A stretch of 63,655 nt of DNA, the filler included, from Dicyema japonicum (taxonomy: Eukaryota; Animalia; Dicyemida): the NCBI GenBank assembly GCA_011109175.1. It is 8 parts of 8 records of this genome, joined end to end, with 100 filler letters (N's around TTAATTAATTAA, not from the genome) between each part and the next. Parts side by side here need not be neighbours in the genome. Positions count along the whole stretch, not along the records: positions 34,691 to 38,758 come from RDEW01000118.1; positions 38,859 to 56,056 come from RDEW01000044.1; 6 more parts are not named here. One strand, written 5' to 3'. A model generated the notes under the pieces. It saw only the letters and a program-made list of their open reading frames with translations, did no database searches and had not been told where the DNA came from. Position numbers and translations under genes: made by a program. Positions within the stretch are counted from its first letter, which is position 1, and every line of letters begins with the position of its first letter. Of this stretch, positions 38,646-52,380 are shown piece by piece.

Positions 38646-41141
38646 GGTATTAATGTAATTGAAGAATTTATTTTAGATATCCTTAATTATTGCCAAGGTA
38701 TGTTTATTAATTATCACTACAAGGTATTTTTATTAATTATTTATGTTAAGGTAATAATNNNNNNNNNNNNNNNNNNNNNNNNNNNNNNNNNNNNNNNNNN
38801 NNTTAATTAATTAANNNNNNNNNNNNNNNNNNNNNNNNNNNNNNNNNNNNNNNNNNNNCAAAAGGGGTGCTACTAGAATATATGTATCTAGCAGGTTGCA
38901 AAATTTTTCTTCGATGACGTCTTCGTAGTAACGAAATTGATTAAAGACTGGTCCCTCATCCTTGGGAGGAATTCGCTGATCAAATCATTTTCAGATTTTG
39001 ACGGATTTTCAGGGATATCGATATTAGTTCGATATAGTAAATGATGCTGCCTCATCCAAGATACGAGACCTTGTTCCTCCTTCCCGCAATTACGGCATCT
39101 GGCTCGACTCCCGGTCTTTTCAGGAATAATACGTTTGTCGAAGTGAACTCACAAGGCATCACGCTTTCTTCCAGACATTAAAAAAATTTAAATGATTTTT
39201 TTTGGTTTTTTAATGATTTAAATCATTGATTTTTTGTTGATTAAAATCAAATGATTTTAATCTAACAACCCTGCTCAGAGGTCCCCAGTAGTTAGAAGAT
39301 CATCGGGATAGGGTTATATATCCGTCATAAGGAAGGTAAAGGAATTTTTAAATATTACAAAATTAAGCCGTCTACTCAATCGGATTCTCATCCATACCTG
39401 TCCAAATAGATCTACCTTTTAACTGGTTTACAGTAATCACTTTGCTAACTCAAACTTATGGGAGGTGGAAATGTGTGGACAATTTTGATCCTCCAGAATA
39501 CAATAAGCCTTCAAAATAGTAAAATTGGTCGTTTATTTTGGTTATCAATTTTTATCTGAACGAAATTGCCAGTGGTCCGTCAGTAATATAAGTATACCAA
39601 ATAGAAATCCCGTCTCACAGCTCTGATAATACGCAGGAATCTATTAGTCGACGAATTGTAAAGCACTGGTTCCTCAAAATGGGAAAAATATGGTTAAAAA
39701 GAATTTAGTTAGGTCTCTCATAAAATCATCGTCTTGTCAAAATAAACCAGGGTCTGAAAAATAGAAGATCTACTACTAGGATTCATCTTGATTCAACATA
39801 TTACCCTCAGTCTATAGTACCCTCAGATTTTCTAGCCAACACGAATTTTTTAAAAAGCGCAGAAGCTCAAATATTATTTAATTTTTTAAATAATTCATAT
39901 TTTACTGAAAAAAGTAAATTAAATAAAAGTTACAAAATACTAAGTGTGTCGCTTTAGTGGTTGACACCACTCTAATTACAATTCGTCGAAATTAAATTAA
40001 AAATTAAATAATGTCTATGTTTCATCGTACTCTCAGTCTTTTACTATTGCAACTTTCAACGTCAAAGGACTCGCTTCCAACACTAAACAGGATACCTCAA
40101 GCATAAATTTGGAACAATACAACCTGATGAACTTCGGAGAAAGTTACATGGAGAAAACTGGTAGTATTGATATTGAAGAGCATGCCACAGCGGAACATTA
40201 GTATTCATATGCTTATTGGTAACGCGGGAGAGCATTTTACCAACTAATTACCTAAAACGCTAAGACTCCGGGAGTTAATAGTAACTGGAATTACTTAATT
40301 AGTAGGCCTTGTTAATATTTTTTAATAATAGAGTTAATAGAAGCTGGTATCTTGAAGAAATTTTAAAGAAGACTAAAATGCTAACCTCATTCGGTCTAAC
40401 AAATCAGAAATAGAATCTGCATTTTTCATTCCGTGTTGTCTAAACACTAAGATGCAAAACATAATATTTTGCTAGCCAGACCCTGACCATGGATTACCCC
40501 AACTATAAGCACTTTCACGAAATCGATTAATGCTTATAATTCTCATGTGTATCAAAAGAAAATATTTTGAACCAGAAAACCATCGCCATAGTCAGAATGA
40601 AAAAATTCAGGTGATTCCTGTAGATGGTTAACCATATGTGACCCTCCTGCTAGAATCGGCCAGTCAGATTCCTTTTCTTATAGGGCCATTTATATAAACC
40701 TGGCTCTTCAACCTCTCCTCTCTACCAACCTACGTATATAAACTGGATGATGTGAAAGATGTCATCTGTACATTTTGCAACTTCTCTGAGTTAACAGTAA
40801 ATCAGATTTTATAATGTTAAGGGCTTAGCTATATTTGTAATCTCATGACCTCCGAAAATTTCACTTCCAACCTATTTTGGAGTGATAGAATTTACGACTT
40901 CATTTCCAGCCATGTGGGCCTTTGAAAATTTTGGACCACAGATTTCCTGATATTGGCGTTTTAGAATTGTTGCTCCGGAAGGTACCCTATTCAGGCACAT
41001 TAGTTAAACATTGCCTTAAATTACCTTAAAATCAATGTTTAATGACTTTCATAAACTTTGAAGGATGTCAAAACATATTTTCTTCCAGATATAGGTTAAA
41101 TAGCCGCTCATTAAGAGCCCTTTGAATTCAATTATTTAAAA

Positions 41142-41345
41142 CAGTGGTTCCCAACCGGTGAGCCGCTAACTGGTTCTGGTCCTTAGTCCAATTGGTACCA
41201 GGCAACAAGAAACACAGTTCAGAAATATAGTTTGCATATATGTCGCAATTTTTAAAATAAAAGCAACTGGATGATTTTCTACATCCATTTTCATAAAGAC
41301 ATGTTCTCTATGTTTCATTCTATAGACACTCCAACAGTATATGTT
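41142..41345 (+). mobile_element. Left end of a Buster-type hAT element
   Basis: CAGTGGTTCCCAACC is preceded by ATTTAAAA, which fits the nnnTAnnn target. Confidence 0.55.
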
Positions 41346-41359
41346 AGTTTAATACTTTT

Positions 41360-41600
41360 GAGCTGTGGTGCTGGAGGAGGTTACTAAGAATCCCTTGGAC
41401 TTCCAAATAATAAACATCGATGTACTCAAACGAGTAGAGACTAACATTTCGCTAGAAGGAAGAATCGTAAAACACAGATTGGCGTTCTTTGGGCATGTTA
41501 TCCGCTCTGATTCACTGGAAAGAACAGGGGAGAGTGGAGGAAACTCGTTCATGAGATCTCCAAGGGTCGGACACGACTTAATTGGACAACATAACATATA
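41360..41600 (+). mobile_element. BovB-like RTE 3' end
   Basis: NIDVLKRV..SLEGRIVKHRLAFFGHVIRSDSLE, and a 3' GGGTCGGACACGACTTAA resembling the BovB terminus GAGTCGGACACGACT. Confidence 0.7.
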
Positions 41601-43499
41601 TAATTTTTTTTCATCTGGTAGTCTAAAATATAAATTAATTATTTCAAACTAGCAATTAATTTTTGATTTTTTTGTTATTTTATCGATTCTTATAAAATTC
41701 ATAAATTTTCAAATTTTCAAAAATCGAAATTCAATATTTCACCGATTTTAAAACTGCACTTTATGAAGAGCCATATTAGCTAAGAGCCATATCAGACGCA
41801 CGCATTAAGTAAAGAACAGTTATCATAACTAATCGTAGAGGGAGAAACATATAATTCTCTTCACTATTTTTGTTGAGTAGATGTCCTTTATAGATGGTTC
41901 TACTGTAAAATGTTTACTAATGAAGGCGTCACTCGTCAAGCCAAAGCATCTTAGATGTGTGGAACCTTCAACCGGAATTTACAGCAGCGAAATTTGAACT
42001 TGGAGTCATAGGGCTCTTCACCGTTAATTGTTACACCTCAGCCGTTTATGTTACAAATTAATTTATATTTAAAAATTTTTTAAATAATGTTTAGCTTATT
42101 TTATAAATCTATTTTAATTTTGATTATGAATTTGTTTATTGAAGATTAAGTATTAATTGAACTATCATAATTCTTGTGAGAACGCCTGTTTCTATTTATC
42201 ATAGTGGGACATAACATTGGACCTACTAAGAATGAACCCAATGGAGTAAACAGTGATAAAGTAAGAGCAATGGTCCAAGAGCTGTTTGTCATTCAGGAAA
42301 TTGATGCAAGACACCGGAATCCAGTGTCTCAACCAGAGCGAATCTCAAGCGATCATAGACAAAGTTAATCAGAAAGACAAAGTCTAGTGGGATTCGGATG
42401 TTGTCCGTGTAGTTCAGGCAAGATTCGGAAGATTACTCGAGGTAGATGACATTTAGTAACAAAACCCCACTTTTATTTTTATAACCCCAATGAAACAATA
42501 TTACTACTCGTTTCTACCACATAGAACTTTCTCCTATTATAAGAGGAGTTGTCACCCTGATACCGCTCTGTTTCTTTCACGCACATCAGCTAACTCAGTT
42601 GATAATTCCACCAGGTGATTGGTTGCTGTCTGAGTACTGACAATAGAGTTGACAAGCTGTGTCTTCAGTTTGATTTTTTGATGCCGTATATTCTGCATAA
42701 GTTTCAAATGTATGCCTCCACTTCGTGGTGCTTATGATGTAGTCGCTGATAAACATCACATTGCAGTGTGTAGCCATGTGATCCACCAACTCCTTTCGAC
42801 CTCTGACAATGATCATATATTGAATTTTTATCTGCAACAGATTCCTGTCTTGAAGAGGAAATACAAAGATTCAGGTCTCGGGATATTGATCAATGCTTTC
42901 ATCTTGGAAACAATCATAAAGTATAGAGCGACTTTCTCTTGACACTATCCAATAAAAAAATAAGAAAAATCTTTAGAAATTAGAAGACTTTGTCAATTTA
43001 AATAAATTTGAGCCAATTTGGATCAGAAAGCTAAATTTTTTCCTCGTGGATTACGAAGTTCATCCATTATTATCAATCCCCCTGATTATCCCAGAAACAG
43101 TGAAACGAAATATCACTAACGATCTCCAAAACACGATCACCAATACTGCATGTACGACTGCAGGACCAAGTAGAAGTTCAAAAAAGGCAATTTTGGGTGC
43201 GACTTATCTGTAAAAACATGACATCTTGTAAAAAATTCTAAAGCGGAACATTATTTAAAATCCCAAATTCGCTAAGAAATAGGAGGAAACTAGCAAACCG
43301 AAAAAAGAACTCCGCGAATCGTTCTGGCTAAGAAACGAATCGGGATTGCCGTATTACAGTCCGACCCCAAAATGAGGCAGACCCAGGGTGTGGGGCACCC
43401 TCGGATTTTGGTGAGCCTTTTTTCAAATCAACATTTTGGCAGAATAAAATGAAAAATCAATAAAAAATTATGGAAATTTTGGAAAAAAAAATAAATTAT

Positions 43500-43835
43500 T
43501 TAATTCTTAGGTATCAAATGTGACTTTCAAAGACTTCAAGAATACTATTGGAGCACATACTGTAATGAATTTTCCACACTATGAAAAACAACTCGAATCG
43601 TTTTTAAAAGAATTTCAAGTGAGATTTAATGATTTCTCGTTTTTTGAACATCAATTTTCCTTATTCACATCATTTTTTATACTAATGTTCAAAGGCAGAT
43701 GAAAGCATATGAATTTTTGTCACTTTAAGAAACTCGGAATTACACGAATAGCTAAGCCCAAAATATAAAAATTGTATCCAAAAAAGATGTAATTACAAAT
43801 GCGGCCCTCAAAGCGAAATGAATTTGACACCCATA
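43500..43835 (+). mobile_element. hAT (Spin/GTF2IRD2-like) 3' remnant
   Basis: LKEFQVRFNDFSFFEHQFSLF, and a right-TIR-like TTTGACACCCAT at ~43823-43834. Confidence 0.6.
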
Positions 43836-45047
43836 CCTTATCATGTAATCATCTCATCCAAGGAGACGGTCAGTGGCTGAAGCTTTTCTTTACCTCACAA
43901 GAGAGGTTCCAAGAGTATCGGATATGTATGTAATAGATTATTCAAGAGAATGCTCTCACTCACATCGTGGGTACTGAGTTAATTTGTTATTTGAAGACTA
44001 GTTTTAAGCCGATTTGAGTCTCTTATTGCTGATTTACCAATTTAGAATGAATATATTCCTTGGATATGGATAATGGGATTGATTTCAAGAATACTCATAA
44101 TTATGGATTTAAGTCACTCAGATTGATAAAAACCGAACAATCACTTACGGTCATTCTATCACTTCTCTATGGACTTGAAGAGTGCTATTACACTGCATAC
44201 AAAAAGTGTTTTATCTTCCTTTTTGAAAACCAAGGATTACTGGGATCAAGATTGTCACAAACGGCTTACGAGACTTTATATGATGACGAAGATTTTCTAT
44301 TAGTGTCGATAAGAGAAATAACAGAGAAGAATTTAAGAGACGTGGATTTCTTTCTTAATTTGCGCGTTTCGACAGATTCTTGATACAATAGGATTCTACA
44401 TCACAGTTGGCGAAGAAACCATATTCACTATTTCTGATTGCAGATTTGTCAAGGAGAAAAGAAGAATTGAGTGAGAGGTTTGTTGGATGGACAATTTTCA
44501 TTCTTAGATAATTTATGCTATCGTAACTAATTCCTGTGGGTCTTTTTGTTTCTACAGCAGCTGGTTCAATATGAACTCCAGCAACACATTCGTGAATTCA
44601 TATTATTCTGCACATTGAACTTTTGTTATGAGTACAAACAGAATTCATATAATGTTCCCACGTGTTATGTACAGCATATTTGTTTTTTTATTAGAGTTAT
44701 TGTGCCGATGATCGTTTCAAATTTCCGAGAAAGTTCTCTGTGTTAATGATTTTTATGACTAGTCAAGCAATTTCACCTTTTTTCTTGTAACTAAGACTCA
44801 TAATGATTTATGTGGAGTTTTTTTATTTAAAAATAATTAATTTTTAAACCACTAGAAATAAAAATAGTAATAAATTTTGTTCCAAATCGATGTTTTAGAT
44901 ATTTTTGGCAGAGATCCGAAAAAGTGTTTTAAAAACTGAAGTGTCCGTTTCAAATCTACGACGGACTGTATTTAATAATAATTAAATAAAAAAAATTAAT
45001 TAATAATTTAAATAAAATAAAATTTGACCTAATAAAAATTAGAATAA

Positions 45048-46354
45048 ATGAACAGAATTATTCATTTTGTCATATTTATTCTGTTAAGCAAAATCGTCAA
45101 AATAAAATGCAGAAAGAGATATATCTTAATTGATTCATATGTAATTTATAAGAATCCTTCTAAAGTATATATTTCGATAACTTTAGCATTATTCTTTATT
45201 TCAGTTAACTAAGAATCTAACAATAGAAGGTATTAATGGTGAGTATATTTTATCTGATAAAAATATAAGTTTTAAATTTATTCTACACTTTCACAATGAG
45301 TTTTATACTATTGACTTAATAACAGAAATTGTTTATGGTATGTTTTTCGTTGTACTTTAGGTGGTGGGCGTTATACTAATATCACAACGATTTCTAAAAC
45401 CAATATGGGGATTACTACGATGTAGTTATACTCATATTATTTTTTCGGATAATATATCTGTTACATTTTATTCAATCAAGTTGCAATATAACGATAAAAG
45501 TAGTTTGTATTATTTTACTGGAAAAGGTTTTTATTTAAATTTATTTAGCTAACGACTGTAACCCAAATAATGACCCAAATACGCCGATTTGGTTTTTATA
45601 TCACGAAAATAGAATCGAGCAGTAATAAGTGGAAATATCAAAATATCATATATTGACAATAACAAATTGTATACGTTTGCATTGATTCTTAGATAACAGA
45701 TGAGCATTTCAGTTATTATACGATAATTTATAACACGTGTTGTTAATCGAATCCATAAATATCTTTTGATTGGTGCAAATTCTAAAATATTTATTACGGT
45801 GGAAAAACTAGATAAAAAATATATTATTTATAACTTTTATGTTTGTGTGTTGGACATGAAAAATCTAAATGTGTTTTACTTGAAAAGCAATTTATACAAA
45901 TTAAAATGGGAGGATATTATCAATGCGGACTCATCTCACAAAACTATAAAAATGTGACTATCGAAATTTCATCTCTTAAATTACAATTTTTCCGCAATGA
46001 TCTGAGTTTTGAATTTATTGGAGATGGTAAATAATTCGGCTGAATTTTAGATGAAGGATGTTTTGAAAAACCAACATCGAATGAAATTAAAGATAAAAAA
46101 ACATATTTAAACATCGTAATAAAACCGACTAAATTTTAGATGAAATAAGTTTTGAAGAACTAATATCTTCTGAAAGTACATTTGTAAAAAAACTGACGAA
46201 ACATCAAATAATTGGAATCGTATGTGGAGTTGTCGGACTACTGTTGTCATTGATTCTATTTATAATACTTACTGCAGTCATTGCCAATATTTATATCAAA
46301 ATGAAATCCCGTAATGAATCACTCTTCGGTGACCCATTCCTTAAGTTAAGCTAA
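45048..46354 (+). pseudogene. Disrupted inverted paralog of the LAMP-like membrane protein gene
   Basis: Collinear with the reverse complement of 6874-8143 with the same intron positions. It has indels and frameshifts (near 45400-45420, ~45820 and ~46100). The TM segment and tail differ (IIGIVCGVVGLLLSLILFIILTAVIANIYIKMKSRNESLFGDPFLKLS*). Confidence 0.75.
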
Positions 46355-46849
46355 TTATGATTCATATTCGGTTAAATTGGGTTAATGGTTTAATTTACTT
46401 AAATAATCACTTATCAATTCTCATGATGGCAGCTGAGATTAATCAATTATCGTGGTCCACGGCAAGATATTTTCTTTTACATAATTCCTGTTCCCTTACT
46501 TGATTCGATTTCATAAAATTTTTTTTACATTAATATACAAAATTAAAATTAGACCTTATAAATTTCATAGGACGTTATTCTCTTTTAATCTACTATTTTT
46601 AAGATAATATTTCAAATGAAACGAATGGTTATTTAGTAGCTTGATAGAGCTGCTAATAAAATAGGCTTAGTAGACTTTTTCATGCTGCACACTTGGCGTA
46701 AATAAAATTTCCAGCTGCAAACTTTAAAATTTATTTTTAAGAAGTTGAAATTATTTAGAAGTAATGTGCTGAATTGGTTGAAGTGGTGACAATATCTCTA
46801 TTGTACTATGTCTTATTCGTATTCTTTGGGAATTTTCAATTGCAGAGGA

Positions 46850-47150
46850 CTTAAACGACCTCACAAGAACCACCAACTGATATGCGACCTAGCCACAAGA
46901 AAAGGATAGAACCTGGCCTATAAAGATCTATGATGTAAACAGTCATATTAAATTAAAATTGACGTGAGGTCAGATGATATTTTTAATTAAGACGTCCCAA
47001 TGACCAGGTCCTTTAAATTTCGTAATGGTCAACTACTTCGCACACAAAGGAGACGGATTTCCTGGAAGACCAAGAACAACACTTCCGACTATCTTGAACA
47101 AGACCTATCGACGGTTGGGATGAGACAAATTTCGGCGACGATATGGACTA
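46850..47150 (+). mobile_element. RTE-clade LINE C-terminal remnant
   Basis: GRPRTTLPTILNK parallels RGRPRSTLPTALNK in the 29.4k copy. Confidence 0.6.
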
Positions 47151-47399
47151 CCGTAGAGAACTAATTTTGATTTTAATTAGGATGAATATTTGAATCTTTT
47201 TACATTAATCTTTTGTCAAATCACTACGACAATATCCACTCCCAAAATCTTAAAATCAGTCTTGTATCGTTGACACAAGGCACATATCCACCAGTGGGAG
47301 CAAACAGCATCTGCAATGCGAGCTTCCCTTTCTGAACTCACTCTGTCACGGCGACCAAAATTCATAAACATAAAAAGATATTAGACTAAAAAATATCAA

Positions 47400-47760
47400 A
47401 GATTGTATCTTCTTCAATATTCCCATAATATCACAGGTCTTAGATTTTTTATCGCTCCATTGTTTTTTTCTGGATATGCTAAAGAATCAAAATTCCATCA
47501 GCAAGTTTCAAGGGAGAATGTGTCTCAAATACTTTATTGAAAATCTTTGTAATGAGAATCGTCGCCTGGTGCATACTTGATCATTGTCTGGTCCTGCTGC
47601 CCTGTTGTTGATTAATACAATGATTGCCAGATTAGTTTCCTCTGTATATATGATAGATATTTGTAGATTTAGGCCTCTTGGTAATTCTCAAATGGCTCCA
47701 TATATGAGGTTTCATTTTCATTCAAAAGTCCTGATAAATGTTCGCCAATATTCTTAGTTT
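47400..47760 (-). mobile_element. RTE-like RT fragment
   Basis: The minus strand has NRAAGPD and NLRPVIL. Confidence 0.5.
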
Positions 47761-48399
47761 TTTTTTATTATTCAATACATAATAAGTATTGATATTATGT
47801 CTATTATTAAGACCGGATGCACTGAAAAAAATGTGATTATTAATAATCCACAGGATCACGAAATTAAGATCTAATAATGTGTATCAAATATTCTATAACT
47901 GATGATCGAAGTAGGACAGGAGCATTGTAATTCTCTCCGAAAAAAACAGGTTTTGATCAACTAGTGCTTTCTGTGTCTCATGGAAACTTACTTTTGTGAG
48001 TCGATGTTAATAAGTTTATGATTTAATTGATCATTCTTTCTTTGTTGTGTGACTATACAAGCTGTGTATGCCTGTGTAGTTGATCAGCTTTGTGTTAGAT
48101 GTAATAAAACGAAGATCATTCCTTGGTTCTACGATAGTTAAAATTAACTGTTCTTTACTTAAATAAAGTGTGTGTCCTGCCAATGCGGAGCTATAAAGAT
48201 GCTGGCTCTCATGAAAAAGCTGTTATTATTATTTTATTAACAACAAAATTACGAGAAAAATGATAAAGTTATCGTTGAATTAAGTGATCCCGGTGACCAT
48301 ACTAGTCCTTTTCCTGCGGTTAGTTTTGAAGTCTTGGATTTATCTGATCAGGTTTCTTCTAATATCTCGAGCAAGGTTTTATATATAGTTTGACGTCCA

Positions 48400-50020
48400 G
48401 CCTAACGGAATTGTAGGGTGACTTTCCCATTTTTAGGAAATCCAGGTGACGGTATTCCATGATTGAATGACGTTCAGTGTACTCCGTAGAAACGAAGTGG
48501 ACGTCTATTTAGACGATCTCAGCAGTAATCTGAGAAATAGATTTTGTAAAACCTCCAACGTACTCTGTCCAATATTGATAAGGTGGCACTCCATGCAGCA
48601 CTGGCGTAATCGATACTTGGTAGAACAAATTGTATGCATAAAAGCTCTAAAGATAAGTGGGAAGATTTCAGAGTGAGTAAAAGCCTTGAGAATTCCAATT
48701 TTCTTTTGGATCTTTTGGCTTATTAGGTACACCTGATGAGTGAATTATATATTAATCAGAATAATTCAAAAATATATTATTTATTAATTTTTGTATTTAA
48801 TTGTGTTTCAATGGTCGTGTGCATGTCTGTTTATGCCAGCTTTCTAACAAATCCTGAGGGCCGTCCTACTAAGAAAATTGAAGATAGAAAACAATTACAA
48901 GTGTGTCTTCAGAACTACAAGATGTAAATGGAACAAGCAAACGATCTCATGTGGGAAATGCTAACGCACATCTCCTGTCTTTAAGCATTAATCACTAAGA
49001 TTCGATCTGATGATAGGATCAAGTAGTTGTCAATTCTGCGTAAAGGAGATTCGGGGATACCTCGGAGTTGTTGGATTATCATCGCCAAACAATTCAATAT
49101 TTGTTTCTCAACTCATAAAAGTGTACTCTTCATTAGAAAACGATAATTTGACAAAGAAGAGAATGAGACAAAAAAGAAACTAATAAAATGCTTTTGAAAG
49201 AAACGTTGAGAAGAGAACTGCCATATTTAAAGAAAATTGTGCCTATATGAGTTGACCAAGAATCAGTCAAAGTGAGAAAACGAGAATACTCTTGATGTTT
49301 TATGCTCGTTTGAATTCACGAAATCAAAGAAGGGTGAATTGAGAAGACTCTCTCCACTAATTGAATACAAAATCAAGATCATGGAGAAAAAAAGTTTCAG
49401 CCGGCTCAATTATTCGGTGTTTATTTGCAGGGTCCTCACGGCAAAGGTAATTCACCGTCAGAAAGCTTTCGAAAGATCGTACCTCTCACTCTCTAAGTGT
49501 CCGAGATCGTTTGTGTCGGCTTCACACGGTTTTGGGAGTTGTAGGTGAGCTATACGGAGTCTACAATAGGTTCAGTTAGAAGAATAGGTGGACTTTCTTC
49601 TATACTAATGACATAAGTGAATTCTCTTCGTTCTACCTCATAAGGGGTATGTGTAGCGTTAATAGGGGATAAAATATTCCTACCCATTTCTTAGAGTCGT
49701 CCGAATAGAATGCCCTTTCAATGCACTGACATAGACATTCAGCGACAGATAGACTGGGAAATTTGGGTATCCAGATCAGAAGTCTTTCAGTTTGAGGTCA
49801 ATTCAAGTATCCCTGATGATCCAGTGGAACAGTCCGCGACAGATAGACTGGGAAATTTGGGGATCCAGATCAGAAGTCTTTCAGTTTGAGGTCAATTCAA
49901 GTATCCCTGATGATCCAGTGGAACATGTTCAGAGGGGTGAGTTTGTCGTATTATCTAGAAAGAAGCATGAATGGCAATGCCTTTCAGAAATTACAGTCAT
50001 GGCACTTTTATTCAATCCGG
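48400..50020 (-). mobile_element. Cluster of degraded LINE RT fragments
   Basis: LEVLQNLFLRLLL (48505-48732), YDLSKAF (~49470) and a DPNFP..SL-like segment (~49750). Boundaries are loose. Confidence 0.45.
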
Positions 50021-50473
50021 CACAGGAATTGTGAAAGCCACACTAGCAGACCGTTCAATGCACCATTCGAATTATTTTGTTTATTATGTTGCACTTTTTA
50101 AAGACATCATCTATTTTTTGTAGTTTGGTGCATCAGAAAAAAACTTAAAAATAAAATTTATTATATAATTCTTTGGTAAACGCATATTTGTAGCGAACGA
50201 ATTTGCACTCCTGATTTCTTTAGGAAAAAGAATTTACTTGCTAAATTCTTTAATCTATAATAATCTTGACTATTTGCCTGACATAGTCCATCTGTCGGCA
50301 ACCTCTTTAGCCAAAGAGCCATTTTTTTGTCTTTTTGGAAATTAAAAAATAAAAGGACCAATTTTAAAAATAATAAAAATAACAACATGTATATAATCTA
50401 GTCACTAGAATAAAATAATAAAAATAACAACATATATATAATCTAGTCACTAGAAAAACAACTTAAGTATTAT

Positions 50474-50960
50474 TTGGTTTTTACTATGAATCGTAGATCT
50501 AGTCAAATGATGTTCAGTGAAACTTTTTTAAACACAAAGGAATCATTGAAATGTTCATACCTGATCTCAGAAGTGATAGCAAAACAACTAAAACCTCACA
50601 ATATTGGCGAAAACTTGATAATCCCTGCTTGTCGTATTATTGCTCGGACTATGTTTGGTCATAAATATGAACAAAAAATAATGAAGATACCTTTGTCAGT
50701 TAACACTGTTTTTCGTCGGATTTGTGCAGAAATGCGAGTGCCTTTGTTAACCATTCGACCTGATATTGATGATACATGCAAAAACAATAATAATTAAGAA
50801 TTCATTTTTTTATTAATAAAAATTTTGGCATTAAATTACCAATTTTTGTACTTAGTTTTACACATTTTAAAAAATTAATTTTTTTATTTTTTAATGTGTG
50901 CCGTGGATTATTTTTTTTACGATTAGTGTGCCGCGAGAATTATTTTTTGAAAAGCTCTGA
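50474..50960 (+). mobile_element. Buster/ZBED-type hAT remnant with right terminus
   Basis: SYLISEVIAKQLKPHNIGENLIIPAC..IPLSVNTVFRRI. Subterminal GTGTGCCG motifs and a TTTGAAAAGCTCTG end. Confidence 0.8.
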
Positions 50961-51049
50961 TCTAGTGTAATTAATGAGATTGTTGAACCTGCATTTCCTA
51001 TGCCAATAGTGAAATTGCTTAAGCTAATTTAAGGTCATCAACTAAAGAC

Positions 51050-52380
51050 TAATTTGTATCGGAGTATTTCGTGTTCTTGGATTTTCTTTACTTCGATGTC
51101 TTACTACTACAAGAGAGTCGCATAATGAATGTTATCAGCATATGGAATGGAAAAATCTTTGAGAAATAGATTGAATAATGTTAAAAAAGTGAAGAATTTT
51201 GAGGGATCACATTCGAAAAATTCTTAGACGTTGGCATGTGATTTCCTTTCTTCACTTATCTTTTTTGGTCAATGACTTAGGAAGCGACAAACTTAGGAGG
51301 TTGAAGTGGAGAAAATCCTTGCTGTCAATATCTTCCGTTCTCTATCGTGGCTTTGCACAATTCACTCACTCATAGATAAATTTACAGTTTCGTAAGCGTA
51401 TAACCCATTTAGAAATGATGGAAGTTGTAAAAATGGGTGATTTCAGGAGGAAGAATTTTTCCTGAGTTCATGGTTTCAAGAGCAAGGTTCGTCTCAGGTT
51501 TATTATGTTCAGTGACGGAAGTATTAAGGATTTCTTCCATATTGGTGGAATTTTGTATTTGCATATCGAGTGGCTTAAAATTGGGTTATTGACTCAATTG
51601 TGTGGTCCCGAATGCTTCAACTTCGCTATGTAGATATTATCTTCCTGGTATAACGTTTTCTTTATAAAATTGGTCGTAGATAACACATGTTCAGTCTATG
51701 GAACTGCTTTTCCGGCCATTTATACATTCTCCAAAACTTATAGTAAAGGTTGTGGTTTATACTCTTTAGTCTTTTTCTCTTCTTAATAAGGAGTATTGTT
51801 TCAGAGCCGAATTTCTTGGAAAATAAACATATTGAGCGCTGCAGAATAACTTAAGCTCAAAGTCAAACGGCCACGTCATATAAGGGGTGAGTTTATCCAA
51901 CCTGACCAGTAGAGACAACCTTTAATGAACTACAAGAGCCCAATCTATAAATCACGTTAGAAGTTGACAATGGTTAAAAAGTTTAATAATCATAATTTAA
52001 CTTGAAATTTTCAGAGTATTGGATTGTGATCAGTGTTAAAATTATGATTCTCAGTTGATGGCTTCAGCAAGTAAAACATCTGGTTTTGTTTGGGAGCATT
52101 CGCATTATTGTCCTCGTGCATTTGTTATCTACATCAGTTAGCCTCTCTGTTCAGTTGTTGGTTTGTATACCAGAGAATGCTCGTCACATAAGGTTGCCAC
52201 AAGACCTTTTCCATTCAGGCGAAATAATTCCTCAAATGAAGATATCAAGAGTGTTTCACATCAGACCTTTTATGGATTACTCTTGCTTTCTTCAACAATC
52301 CGAAAATACTCAGTATCCAAATATTACGTGGAAAATACAGTTAGTTGTTATATGACTCAATTATGTTAGGAAACTAAGAT
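51050..52380 (-). other. Possible multi-exon host gene of unknown product
   Basis: Coding-like minus-strand blocks are separated by short GT..AG segments, but I could not reconstruct a continuous frame or recognise a family. Confidence 0.25.

Noticed and set aside
41920-41960. Hammerhead-like CTAATGAAGGC...GCCAAAG
   Set aside because: The core differs from CTGATGA/GAAA, and the homologous copy at ~1525-1555 instead shows a simple TTGACGA/TCGTCAA hairpin.
6960-46245. The long inverted repeats as termini of a giant element (Polinton or virus-like)
   Set aside because: The interior has no pPolB, integrase, capsid or ATPase, and the repeats consist of host gene sequence.
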